In this document: positions 33,017-41,831 of the stretch, piece by piece
How the letters are laid out: every line of letters starts with the position of its first letter
Numbering within the stretch: the stretch's first letter is position 1
Origin: Patescibacteria group bacterium
GTDB lineage: Bacteria; Patescibacteriota; Patescibacteriia; Patescibacteriales; GWC2-42-12
Assembly: GCA_041662965.1 (NCBI GenBank)
Contig: JBAZRI010000001.1
Location: forward strand, 163,680 to 227,679
Reading direction: 5' to 3'
DNA: 64,000 bases
The notes under the pieces: generated by a model
What the model saw: the letters and a program-made list of their open reading frames with translations, nothing else
Database searches by the model: none
What the model was told of the DNA's origin: nothing
Made by a program: the position numbers and the translations under genes

Positions 33017-33880
33017 ATGAGTGAAGAAAAAGAGATTGATAATTTCGGATGTAAATATGCTATTACCGGAGTCAGCGCGTTTATTTTTAATAAAGATGGC
33101 AAATTACTTTTAACTAGGTCGCCGAAATGGGGTAATTTATGGGTAGTACCGGGAGGTAAAGTAGATTTCGGTGAAAGTATGGAACAAACTCTTAAACGTG
33201 AAATGAAGGAGGAATTAAATTTAGATATAAGCAATATAGAATATTTAACAACCATAGAACTTAATAGAACTGAAGAAAGGCCTAATTTACATATGGTGGT
33301 TAATGAATTTATTGCAACGGCCGACGACGATGACGTTAAATTGAATGATGAACATAGCGAATTTGACTGGCGCAAGCCCGAAGAATGGTTTAAAGAAAAA
33401 GATGTCTATCCAGCAACAAGAGAAATAATCGGATATTATTTAAATGAATTTTTGCCAAAGAAGGATTGTGAAAATCTTTATAAGCGCGCTCTAGCCGATT
33501 ACCAGAATTTGCTTAAGCAGACGGCCAAAGAAAAAATGGAATTCGCGGTTTATGCCAACGAGCAGATGCTAAGAGAAATTTTACCGGTGTATGATCATTT
33601 AAAAATGGCCATTGAGCATCACAGTGAAGAGTCAAAAGATGAATGGCTGACCGGAGTGAAGTTCGTCGTCAAGCAGTTTAAAGATGTTTTAGAAAAAATC
33701 GGTGTGGAAGAAATTACGGCTGAAAAAAAGTTTGACCATAATTTAATGGAAGCCTTAAGCAACGAAGAGACTGAAGATGAAAGCTTGGACGGGAAAGTGG
33801 CCAAGCAGGTAAAAGCCGGCTACAAGCTGAACGGGAAAGTGATTGAGCCGGCAAAAGTAATAGTTTATAAATTAAAATAA
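33017..33880 (+). CDS. grpE: Nudix-GrpE fusion protein (nucleotide exchange factor with N-terminal Nudix domain)
   Basis: The N-terminal ~140 aa carry the Nudix box GGKVDFGESMEQTLKREMKEELNL. The C-terminal half is GrpE (YKRALADYQNLLKQTAKE, LPVYDHLKMAIEH, FDHNLMEAL, GYKLNGKVIEPAKVIV). Confidence 0.85.
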   Translation: MSEEKEIDNFGCKYAITGVSAFIFNKDGKLLLTRSPKWGNLWVVPGGKVDFGESMEQTLKREMKEELNLDISNIEYLTTIELNRTEERPNLHMVVNEFIATADDDDVKLNDEHSEFDWRKPEEWFKEKDVYPATREIIGYYLNEFLPKKDCENLYKRALADYQNLLKQTAKEKMEFAVYANEQMLREILPVYDHLKMAIEHHSEESKDEWLTGVKFVVKQFKDVLEKIGVEEITAEKKFDHNLMEALSNEETEDESLDGKVAKQVKAGYKLNGKVIEPAKVIVYKLK

Positions 33881-33890
33881 TTTTTAATTT

Positions 33891-33995
33891 GTCATTGCGA
33901 GGAGCATCAGCGACGAAGCAATCTCCGGTTAAACGGCACGTACGTGGATTTTTACCAGAGATTGCTTCGCCCCCAAACGCTGGGCTCGCAATGAC
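33891..33995. repeat. MITE-like element with gtcattgcgag / ctcgcaatgac termini (copy 2)
   Basis: Same termini and inner gaagcaatct/agattgcttc inverted repeat as the 23581-23703 family. Confidence 0.85.
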
Positions 33996-34015
33996 AGAAA
34001 AAGGAGAATAAATAT

Positions 34016-34447
34016 ATGTCACCAATCATAAAATGGATGCCATCCCTTGAATCTTTCGAGGATATGGATAAAATGTTTGAAGATTACATGCCGACTCGCG
34101 CCGGTTTCGCCGGCTATGTTCCGGCCATAGACGTTTATCAGGATAAGGATAAAGTCTATATTGAAACGCAATTGGCAGGGATTGATCCGGAAAAAGTTGA
34201 TATTTCCATCAATAATAATGTTTTAACCATTAAGGGCGAAAGCGAAAAGAAAAGTGAAGTTGAAGACAAAAATTATTACCGGAAGGAAATCAGGCGCGGC
34301 AGTTTCTATAGGAGCGTGCCTTTACCGTCGCAGGTTTTAGGCGAAAAGGCCTCGGCCGAAGCGATTAACGGAATTTTAAAAATTGTCGTTCCGAAAGCGC
34401 TGGGCACCAAGCCGAAAACGATTAAGATAAAAACTAGCAAAAAATAA
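34016..34447 (+). CDS. Hsp20 / alpha-crystallin small heat-shock protein
   Basis: Alpha-crystallin domain: PAIDVYQDKDKVYIETQLAGIDPEKVDISINNNVLTIKGE...GSFYRSVPLP...GILKIVVPK. Confidence 0.9.
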   Translation: MSPIIKWMPSLESFEDMDKMFEDYMPTRAGFAGYVPAIDVYQDKDKVYIETQLAGIDPEKVDISINNNVLTIKGESEKKSEVEDKNYYRKEIRRGSFYRSVPLPSQVLGEKASAEAINGILKIVVPKALGTKPKTIKIKTSKK

Positions 34448-34480
34448 ATTAATAAATAATTTAAATTAATATAAAATATT

Positions 34481-36409
34481 ATGTCAAAAATACTAGGTAT
34501 TGATTTGGGAACTACTAATTCGGCTATGGCCATTATTGAAGGCGGGCAGCCGAAAATTTTAGAAAATGCCGAAGGCAACCGGACTACGCCTTCTATCGTG
34601 GCGATTTCTAAAAACGGCGAAAGATTAGTCGGCTTAACCGCTAAACGGCAGGCCGTGACCAATCCGGAAAATACGGTCTACGCGGTCAAGCGCTTAATCG
34701 GACGCAGTTTTGAGTCGGACGAAGTTCAGCGCGACATTAAAATTTCGCCTTATAAAATAGTTAAGGCTAACGGCGGCGTTAAAATAAAAATGGGAGATAA
34801 AGAATTTACGCCCCAAGAAGTTTCGGCTATGATTTTAGCTAAACTTAAAGCCGATGCCGAAGCTAAGTTGGGCGAAAAAATTACTGAAGCCATTATTACC
34901 GTGCCGGCTTATTTTGACGATTCGCAAAGGCAGGCGACTAAAGACGCTGGGCGTATCGCTGGCTTAGATGTAAAAAGAATAATCAACGAACCAACGGCCG
35001 CGGCACTCGCCTACGGCTTTGAAAAAAAGAAAGGCGAGCAGATCGCGGTCTACGATTTAGGCGGCGGTACTTTTGATATTTCCATCTTAGACGTATCGGC
35101 CGATACGGTTGAAGTAAAATCAACCAACGGCGATACTCATCTGGGCGGCGAAGATTTTGACCAAAGAATTATTAATTGGATCATTGAAGAATTCAGAAAA
35201 GACCAAGGCATTGATTTATCTAAAGACACTTTGTCTCTGCAAAGGATAAAAGAAGCCGCGGAAAAGGCTAAAATTGAGCTTTCCACTACCATGGAAACGG
35301 AAATCAATCAGCCGTTTATCACGACCGACGCTAACGGGCCGAAACATTTAGTCATGAAAATGACGCGCGCCAAACTTGAGGAACTGGTCGGGGATTTGGT
35401 TGAAAAAACCATCGCGCCCTGCCAGTCGGCTCTAAAAGACGCGGGCTTTACCATTAAAGATATTCAGGAAATAATTTTAGTCGGCGGCATGACGCGCATG
35501 CCCTTAGTCCAGAAAAAAGTTAAAGAGTTTTTCGGCGGCAAAGAGCCGAATTTAACCGTTAACCCGGATGAAGTCGTGGCTCTAGGCGCGGCCGTGCAAG
35601 CCGGAGTTTTGCAAGGCGACGTTAAAGATGTTTTGCTTTTAGACGTTACGCCTTTGACTTTAGGCATAGAAACTCTGGGCGGTGTGGCTACGGCTTTAAT
35701 TGAACGCAATACCACTATCCCGACCTCAAAGTCGCAGATTTTTTCCACCGCGGCCGAAGGCCAAACCAGCGTGGAAATTCATGTTCTGCAAGGCGAGCGC
35801 CCGATGGCGGCCGACAATAAAACTTTGGGCCGCTTCATCTTAGACGGCATTCCGCCGGCGCCGCGCGGCGTGCCGCAGGTTGAAGTAAGCTTTGACATAG
35901 ACGCCAACGGCATTCTTAATGTTAAGGCCAAAGACAAAGCGACGAGTAAAGAGCAAAAAATCACCATAACGGCCTCTTCCGGCTTATCTAAAGAAGAAGT
36001 GGAAAAAATGAAAAAAGAAGCCGAACTCCACGCCGAGGAAGATAAAAAGAAAAAAGAGCAGGTGGAAACTAAAAATCAGGCCGAGGCGGTAATTTTTCAG
36101 ACCGAAAAATTAATTAAAGACGCGGGCGATAAAATTAAACCCGAAGAATTAAAAGAGTTGCAGAATAAAATTGAAGATTTGAAGAAAATAAAAGATACTG
36201 ACAATCTTGACGGCATTAAGAAAAAGCTTGAAGAAGTTAACGCCATAGCGCAAAAGATCGGCGCGGCTATGTATCAGGCCGCCTCCGCTGAAGCTTCGGC
36301 GAGCCAAGCAAATCAAGCTGGCGCACAGTCTGGCGCCGAACAACCTGGAGCCGGCGAGCCGAAAAAAGAAGAACCGCCGATTGAAGGCGAATTTACGGAA
36401 AAGAAATAA
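34481..36409 (+). CDS. dnaK: Chaperone DnaK (Hsp70)
   Basis: [17 protein letters not shown] and VGGMTRMP, at full length. Confidence 0.98.
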   Translation: MSKILGIDLGTTNSAMAIIEGGQPKILENAEGNRTTPSIVAISKNGERLVGLTAKRQAVTNPENTVYAVKRLIGRSFESDEVQRDIKISPYKIVKANGGVKIKMGDKEFTPQEVSAMILAKLKADAEAKLGEKITEAIITVPAYFDDSQRQATKDAGRIAGLDVKRIINEPTAAALAYGFEKKKGEQIAVYDLGGGTFDISILDVSADTVEVKSTNGDTHLGGEDFDQRIINWIIEEFRKDQGIDLSKDTLSLQRIKEAAEKAKIELSTTMETEINQPFITTDANGPKHLVMKMTRAKLEELVGDLVEKTIAPCQSALKDAGFTIKDIQEIILVGGMTRMPLVQKKVKEFFGGKEPNLTVNPDEVVALGAAVQAGVLQGDVKDVLLLDVTPLTLGIETLGGVATALIERNTTIPTSKSQIFSTAAEGQTSVEIHVLQGERPMAADNKTLGRFILDGIPPAPRGVPQVEVSFDIDANGILNVKAKDKATSKEQKITITASSGLSKEEVEKMKKEAELHAEEDKKKKEQVETKNQAEAVIFQTEKLIKDAGDKIKPEELKELQNKIEDLKKIKDTDNLDGIKKKLEEVNAIAQKIGAAMYQAASAEASASQANQAGAQSGAEQPGAGEPKKEEPPIEGEFTEKK

Positions 36410-36424
36410 AGTAAATGACATTTT

Positions 36425-36445
36425 CCCCTCCTTGCTAAGGAGGGG
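36425..36445. repeat. Hairpin cccctcc-ttgctaa-ggagggg flanking the DUF559 gene
   Basis: 7-bp GC stem. Its partner hairpin lies at 36864-36886. Confidence 0.75.
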
Positions 36446-36459
36446 CTAGGGGAGGTGGC

Positions 36460-36891
36460 ATGGAAAAGGCAAAAAACAATTTAGTTTATAATCAGCCTTG
36501 TCTAAAAAGCATAAGAAAAAAATTAAGGCAGCAAGATATTCCCGCTGAAAAAGTGTTGTGGAATAAAATTAGAAATAAACAACTAAAATATAAATTTAGA
36601 AGACAATACAGCGTCGGCAGATATGTGCTTGATTTCTATTGTCCGAAAGTTAAATTAGGCATTGAAGTTGATGGAGCAACTCATGGCAATAAAATTGAAA
36701 TAAAAAAAGATATTGGAAAAGAAAATTTTATTAATCGGTTTGGCGTTAAAATAATTAGGTTTATCAATTTTGACATTTATTATGAGATTGATGGTGTTTT
36801 AACTGAAATAAATAGTCAATGTGAAAAAAGAGAAAGTGAATTAAAAACCAGACCTCACCCCAACCCTCTCCTTATCAAGGAGAGGGAGTAA
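36460..36891 (+). CDS. DUF559 (Vsr-like endonuclease fold) domain protein
   Basis: [43 protein letters not shown]......D..FGVKIIRF matches the DUF559 pattern. The C-terminal tail [13 protein letters not shown] is encoded by the palindromic repeat. Confidence 0.75.
   Translation: MEKAKNNLVYNQPCLKSIRKKLRQQDIPAEKVLWNKIRNKQLKYKFRRQYSVGRYVLDFYCPKVKLGIEVDGATHGNKIEIKKDIGKENFINRFGVKIIRFINFDIYYEIDGVLTEINSQCEKRESELKTRPHPNPLLIKERE
36864..36886. repeat. Hairpin ccctctcc-ttatcaa-ggagaggg at the 3' end of the DUF559 gene
   Basis: 8-bp stem located inside the last codons of the ORF. Confidence 0.75.
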
Positions 36892-36895
36892 TATT

Positions 36896-37978
36896 ATGAA
36901 TAAGGATTATTATAAAGTTTTAGGCGTGGATAAGAATGCTTCGGCCGAGGAAATCAAAAAGTCTTTTCGGCAAAAGGCGCATCAATGCCATCCGGATAAG
37001 CAGGGCGGAGACGAAAGAAAATTCAAGGAGCTTAACGAAGCTTATCAGGTTTTAAGCGACTCTAAAAAACGATCCCAATACGATCAATTCGGTTCGGCTT
37101 TTGAGCATGGCCAGGCCGGCGGCGCGCAAGGCTTTGGCGGCTTCGGTGATTTTTCCGGCGGGTTTAACGTCAATATGGATGATTTGGGCGATATTTTTAG
37201 CGGGCTGGGCGATGTTTTCGGCTTCGGCGGAGGCCAGGGTCAGCGGTCGCGAAGCGCCAGGCGGGGCAGTGATATCCAGGTGCTTTTAGCCATTAATTTT
37301 AACGAAGCGGTTTTTGGCGTGGAAAAAGAAATCAGCCTGAAAAAAACCGTTAAATGCTCTAAATGCCAGGGCGAGGGCCGGGAGCCGGGCTCGGAAGTTA
37401 TAACGTGCAAAACTTGCGGCGGCAAAGGGCGCGTTATTAGGGTTCAGCGGACGATTCTCGGCAATATGCAGGTGCAGATGGCTTGCGAGGATTGCGGCGG
37501 CGAAGGCAAAAGCTTTAAAGAAAAATGCTCGGCCTGCCGCGGCGCCGGCTTAGTCCAGGAAATAGTCAATTTAAAAGTTAAAATTCCGGCCGGCATTGAT
37601 AATAATGAAACCATAAGATTATCCGGCCAGGGCGAAGCCGCGGCCAAAGGCGGCCAGGCCGGCGATCTGTATTTAAAAATAAGGGTTAACCCGGACAGGC
37701 GCTTCCAGCGCGACGGCGCTAATATAAAATCCCGCGCGGAAATCGGCTTTTCCCAGGCCGCTCTAGGCGATAAAATTGAAATCGTTACGGTTGACGGGCC
37801 GGTTGATTTAAAAATTCCCGAGGGCACGCAGTCAGGCAAAATTTTTATCTTGCGCGATAAAGGCGTGCCTTATTTAAACGGCCGCGGCCGCGGCAATCAT
37901 TTAGTTGAGGTGATTGTTAAAACTCCGGCCGGGTTAAGCCGCAAGCAGAAAGAATTATTAAAAGAATTGGGGGCTTAA
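36896..37978 (+). CDS. dnaJ: Co-chaperone DnaJ (type I)
   Basis: J domain with HPD, a G/F-rich region, and four CxxCxGxG zinc-finger repeats. Confidence 0.97.
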   Translation: MNKDYYKVLGVDKNASAEEIKKSFRQKAHQCHPDKQGGDERKFKELNEAYQVLSDSKKRSQYDQFGSAFEHGQAGGAQGFGGFGDFSGGFNVNMDDLGDIFSGLGDVFGFGGGQGQRSRSARRGSDIQVLLAINFNEAVFGVEKEISLKKTVKCSKCQGEGREPGSEVITCKTCGGKGRVIRVQRTILGNMQVQMACEDCGGEGKSFKEKCSACRGAGLVQEIVNLKVKIPAGIDNNETIRLSGQGEAAAKGGQAGDLYLKIRVNPDRRFQRDGANIKSRAEIGFSQAALGDKIEIVTVDGPVDLKIPEGTQSGKIFILRDKGVPYLNGRGRGNHLVEVIVKTPAGLSRKQKELLKELGA

Positions 37979-37986
37979 AATTTATC

Positions 37987-39237
37987 ATGAAAACTTACCA
38001 TATTATCACCATCGGCTGCCAAATGAACAAGTCTGACAGTGAACGGTTAGCCGGTGTGCTGGAAAAACAAGGCTATAAAAAAACCGATAATAAATATCGG
38101 GCCGACTTAGCGGTGGTTAACACTTGCGGCGTCAGGCAAATGGCCGAGGATAGGATTTACGGCTTGATCCCGGATATAAAAAAAGCCAATAAAAAAGTAA
38201 AAATAATTTTAACCGGCTGTCTGGCAAACAGAAAAGACGTAAGAAATAGATTAAAAAATTACGTGGATGTCTGGCTGCCGATTAGTGAAATTACGAATTT
38301 TCAAACAAAGGCGAAACGCGGAAATGACTATTTAAAAATAAAGCCGAAATACGAGTCTAAATTTTCCGCTTATGTGCCGATTGGCAACGGCTGCGATAAT
38401 TTCTGCTCTTATTGCGTCGTGCCGTATGCCAGGGGGCGGGAAGTTTATCGGCCGGTTAAAGACATTTTAGGCGAAGTTAAAAGTCTGGCTGAAAAAAATT
38501 ATAAAGAGATTGTTCTAATCGCGCAAAACGTTAACAGCTATAAATCAGGCAAAACTGATTTCGCCGGCTTGCTTAAGCTAGTAAATAATATCAAGGGAGA
38601 TTTTTGGCTTAGGTTTATAACCAGCCATCCTAAAGATATGTCGGATAAATTGATAAAAGCCATAGCCGGCTCTAAAAAAGTCTGCCGCCATATCCATCTG
38701 CCGGCCCAGGTCGGCGACGATAAAATTTTAAAAATGATGAATCGGAAATATTCAATCAAGCATTACGCGAATTTAATAAAAAAAATCAGGCGCGCCATGC
38801 CTGACGTCAGCATAACTACGGATATTATCGTCGGCTTTCCCGGGGAAACCGAGAAACAATTTAAAAATTCGGCCGAATTAATGAAAAAAATTAAATTTGA
38901 TTTAGCTTATATCGTTCGCTACAGCCCGCGTCCGGGCACGGCGGCGTTTAAATTGGCCGATAATGTGCCGCAAGCGGAGAAAAAAAGGCGCGAAGAAAAG
39001 TTGACGAAGATACTGAAAAAGACGGCGTTTGATAATAATAAAAAATATATCGACAGGATTTTAAAAGTGTTGGTTGAAGGCGGGAATAAGGCGGGGGAGC
39101 TGTTCGGCAAGACGGCCACGGAAAAAAATGTTAAATTTTCTATGGCAAATAAAAAAGACGGGCTAATTGGAAAATTTGTAAATGTTAAAATTACTAAAGC
39201 GCGGGATTTCGGCTTAATTGGAGCCGCGGCTGAATAA
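37987..39237 (+). CDS. miaB: tRNA-i6A37 methylthiotransferase
   Basis: MTTase N-domain, the radical SAM motif CDNFCSYC, and a C-terminal TRAM domain. Confidence 0.9.
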   Translation: MKTYHIITIGCQMNKSDSERLAGVLEKQGYKKTDNKYRADLAVVNTCGVRQMAEDRIYGLIPDIKKANKKVKIILTGCLANRKDVRNRLKNYVDVWLPISEITNFQTKAKRGNDYLKIKPKYESKFSAYVPIGNGCDNFCSYCVVPYARGREVYRPVKDILGEVKSLAEKNYKEIVLIAQNVNSYKSGKTDFAGLLKLVNNIKGDFWLRFITSHPKDMSDKLIKAIAGSKKVCRHIHLPAQVGDDKILKMMNRKYSIKHYANLIKKIRRAMPDVSITTDIIVGFPGETEKQFKNSAELMKKIKFDLAYIVRYSPRPGTAAFKLADNVPQAEKKRREEKLTKILKKTAFDNNKKYIDRILKVLVEGGNKAGELFGKTATEKNVKFSMANKKDGLIGKFVNVKITKARDFGLIGAAAE

Positions 39238-39250
39238 TCAATAAGCAATT

Positions 39251-40174
39251 ATGCGCCAGGGCAATAAAAAAATCATCGTAATTCTCGGGCCGACCTCCAG
39301 CGGAAAAACCAAATTGGCGGTTGAGCTCGCGAATAAATTTAACGGCGAAATCATCAGCGCGGATTCAAGGCAGGTTTATCGCGGCATGGATATCGGCACA
39401 GGCAAAGATTTGGCCGAATATAAAGCCGGCAAAAAAATCATACCGTATCATTTGATAGACATAGCCAACCCTAAGGCTAGGTTTAATGTGGCTAAATATC
39501 AAAAATTAGCCTTTAAAGCCATTGACGGTATTTTACGGCGCGGCAAACTGCCGATTCTGGCCGGCGGCAGCGGTTTATACCTACAGGCCGTGGTTGATAA
39601 TTTTCAGCTGTCAAACAGTAAGCCGGATTTAGATTTAAGAAAAAAATTGGAAAAATTAGGCGTTAGCCGGCTTGGCGCTGAAATAAAAAAATTGTCGCCT
39701 AAAATGGCGGCGAAAATAAATGATAGCGACAGTAAAAACAAGCGCCGCTTAATCCGCTATCTGGAAATTTTATTATCGGATAAAAATTTTAAAAGCGGGA
39801 AAGCCGAAGAAAAATATGAATTTTTAATCATTGGTCCGGCCTGCTCCCGCGAGGCGCTGAAAAAGAGAATTTATAAGAGATTGATATATAGATTGGAAAA
39901 AGAAAAAATGGTGGACGAGGTTAAGCGCTTGCGCGGCCGGGGCTTAAGCTTTAAGAAGCTTGAAGCTTTCGGTTTAGAGTATAAATTCATCGCTTTGTAT
40001 TTGCAGGGCGAACTGCGATATGATGAGACGGCGGAAAAATTGAATATAGCCATTAATCAGTTCGCCGGCCGCCAGCTGTCCTGGTTTAGGCGCTGGCAAA
40101 GGCAGGGCAGGAAGATTAATTGGGTAAAAAATACAGGACAAGCAGTAAAAGTTGTTAGCGGATTTTTAGAATAA
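39251..40174 (+). CDS. miaA: tRNA dimethylallyltransferase
   Basis: P-loop GPTSSGKT, ISADSRQVYRGMDIGT and AGGSGLY. Confidence 0.93.
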   Translation: MRQGNKKIIVILGPTSSGKTKLAVELANKFNGEIISADSRQVYRGMDIGTGKDLAEYKAGKKIIPYHLIDIANPKARFNVAKYQKLAFKAIDGILRRGKLPILAGGSGLYLQAVVDNFQLSNSKPDLDLRKKLEKLGVSRLGAEIKKLSPKMAAKINDSDSKNKRRLIRYLEILLSDKNFKSGKAEEKYEFLIIGPACSREALKKRIYKRLIYRLEKEKMVDEVKRLRGRGLSFKKLEAFGLEYKFIALYLQGELRYDETAEKLNIAINQFAGRQLSWFRRWQRQGRKINWVKNTGQAVKVVSGFLE

Positions 40175-40212
40175 AAAAAGGCCGGATGTTAAATTCATCC
40201 GGCTTTGTTGTT
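40174..40212. terminator. Bidirectional intrinsic terminator (miaA / Cys-rich operon)
   Basis: Stem gccggatg / catccggc, flanked by an A-run and T-rich sequence. Confidence 0.8.
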
Positions 40213-40227
40213 AGCCACATATAAAGG

Positions 40228-40551
40228 TTATGCGCTAATTTGGGTTTTTTGTTGAATGACACAACACCTGCTTAGTTCTGGCATAGGACGATTCTGCAAT
40301 ATAAATTCGATAAAACATTTAATGCAGGCATCATATGATCCATTAACTGCATAAACTGGGGCAACTCCTACCGAGCATATTTTGCAAATTCCTATTTTGG
40401 GTATGGGTAGCAGTTCATTCAGTATATCAATTGCATGTGTTACTGGGATTCCTCTGATGGGGCCTCCGCAATCTACTAGCCTCCTTTCGTTGGTACACGA
40501 TAGGCCGAATAGTCCGCAACCAAGAGCTTGGTAACAAATAGAATTTTGCAT
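40228..40551 (-). CDS. Cys-rich 107-aa hypothetical protein (10 Cys; CxxC-17-CxxC)
   Basis: SD gaggagag lies upstream. The Cys pattern is C6, C12, C19, C28, CKIC, CIKC and CC. No recognisable family. Confidence 0.55.
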   Translation of the reverse strand: MQNSICYQALGCGLFGLSCTNERRLVDCGGPIRGIPVTHAIDILNELLPIPKIGICKICSVGVAPVYAVNGSYDACIKCFIEFILQNRPMPELSRCCVIQQKTQISA

Positions 40552-40578
40552 ATTTTTTCTCTCCTCAAAAGAACATCG

Positions 40579-40740
40579 TTATTTGTTTTTATTATTATTT
40601 TTTGAATACTCCATTGATTCTTGTTCTCTGGTTTGGCCCTCTTGATTTCTCCATCTATTGCAAAATCTGCCTGCCGATGGCGCATCCTTAAAGAGTTCTT
40701 TACAGTTTTTTTTAACTGAACAGTTATCGCATCCGTTCAT
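40579..40740 (-). CDS. Cys-rich 53-aa hypothetical protein (below the ORF-track cutoff)
   Basis: My own translation of the minus strand is MNGCDNCSVKKNCKELFKDAPSAGRFCNRWRNQEGQTREQESMEYSKNNNKNK. AGGAGG (40745-40750) lies 4 nt before the ATG, and the ORF ends 27 nt upstream of the 107-aa gene. Confidence 0.5.
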   Translation of the reverse strand: MNGCDNCSVKKNCKELFKDAPSAGRFCNRWRNQEGQTREQESMEYSKNNNKNK

Positions 40741-40800
40741 ATTTCCTCCTTTTTTAAAAGATCAGTTAATAAATATGTATTTTGTTTTATTTTACCTCCT

Positions 40801-40838
40801 AAAAAAATTCCCCGTTATTTGGAACGGGGAATTTTTTT
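40801..40838. terminator. Terminator-like hairpin in the leader of the Cys-rich operon
   Basis: 9-bp stem ttccccgtt / aacggggaa flanked by A7 and T7. It lies between the predicted promoter (40925-40952) and the first SD. Confidence 0.6.
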
Positions 40839-40924
40839 AGAAAATAATTTTCTGCCTCGGGCATGAGCCCAAGTTCATATATGAAAATTCTTTTTTCAGG
40901 CGATTATTTTTTTGCATTGTCATT

Positions 40925-40952
40925 ATTCTAGCATATTATAAATATTTGTCAA
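40925..40952 (-). promoter_or_regulatory. Promoter for the Cys-rich operon
   Basis: On the minus strand, TTGACA-16 nt-TAGAAT with an upstream TG (extended -10). Confidence 0.55.
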
Positions 40953-41089
40953 ATAAGCTAATATTAGTGATAAATTGATAATATAAAAATATTTTGTATT
41001 TTTTTTCTTGACAAATTATAATAAAGAAGTTAAGGTTTATAGTTGATTGATTTAATAATTTAAATACGGGTGGGTGGGAGGGAAAAGCG

Positions 41090-41425
41090 ATGGAAAATAT
41101 TAATAGAATGTTGACTGCGATGGTCAGAGAAGGTTTAATCAGTCACGAAGTACAATTGTTCTTACAAAAATTTTTTATGTCGCGCATGTGCTTAAAAAGT
41201 GATATAAAAGAACAAGATGTCGCACACATTATTAAGGAAATGGCGATCACCAAATTTGGTTCAGAGCTTAGTTTAAACGCCGATTTTCTTACCGGCGATT
41301 TTAAGAAAATGTACCCAAAGTTAATCGCCGAAGCAGCTTTGGGCGAAAGTATTTCATCATTAGATTTGGAAAAGATATTTTTTGTCTTTTGCCAAGTCCA
41401 CGATGACACGACAGCCAAAAATTAA
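41090..41425 (+). CDS. Hypothetical 111-aa protein
   Basis: A G-rich SD (gggtgggaggg) lies upstream, with its own terminator. No recognisable domain. Confidence 0.5.
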   Translation: MENINRMLTAMVREGLISHEVQLFLQKFFMSRMCLKSDIKEQDVAHIIKEMAITKFGSELSLNADFLTGDFKKMYPKLIAEAALGESISSLDLEKIFFVFCQVHDDTTAKN

Positions 41426-41464
41426 AAGGGAGCCATTTATAAAGGGCTCCCATTTTTTATTTTT
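41424..41464. terminator. Bidirectional intrinsic terminator
   Basis: Stem gggagcc / ggctccc followed by a T-run. Confidence 0.75.
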
Positions 41465-41474
41465 AAAATATATA

Positions 41475-41789
41475 TTAAATAATCAGGCTAATGCCGCGTT
41501 TTTTTAGTTCATCTTTGACCCCCATGAGGGCGAATTGTTCTGCCATTTCTTTTTCCGTATCATCCACCTTTTCTGGTTCGATTTTAGCTAAAATTTTTCC
41601 CCATTCGTTGATTTGTTTTGCGTCAGGAAAACTTTGATCGTTAAAAATTTCTTCAACTGTTTTTAATGCTTCTTCTTTAACTTTTTCATTTATTCCGGCT
41701 GATTTAATTTTTTCTATAACTTTTTCTTTGGCCATATTTGGTATTCTTTTGTCCCAGGGAAGCATCTCTGTAATTTTTTCTTGTTGCAT
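41475..41789 (-). CDS. Hypothetical 104-aa acidic protein downstream of gatB
   Basis: On the same strand as gatB with a 42-nt gap. Predicted helical and Lys/Glu-rich, with no recognisable domain. Confidence 0.5.
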   Translation of the reverse strand: MQQEKITEMLPWDKRIPNMAKEKVIEKIKSAGINEKVKEEALKTVEEIFNDQSFPDAKQINEWGKILAKIEPEKVDDTEKEMAEQFALMGVKDELKKRGISLII

Positions 41790-41831
41790 ATTTTTTTATT
41801 AATTTATTAAAGCAAAATTATATGAATTTAT

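Noticed and set aside
40658-40840. The 60-aa plus-strand ORF and the 69-aa minus-strand ORF (40476-40685) in the Cys-rich locus.
   Set aside because: Neither has an SD, and both overlap the terminator hairpin or the better-supported 53-aa ORF, which has a perfect AGGAGG and an ATG. They are likely spurious.
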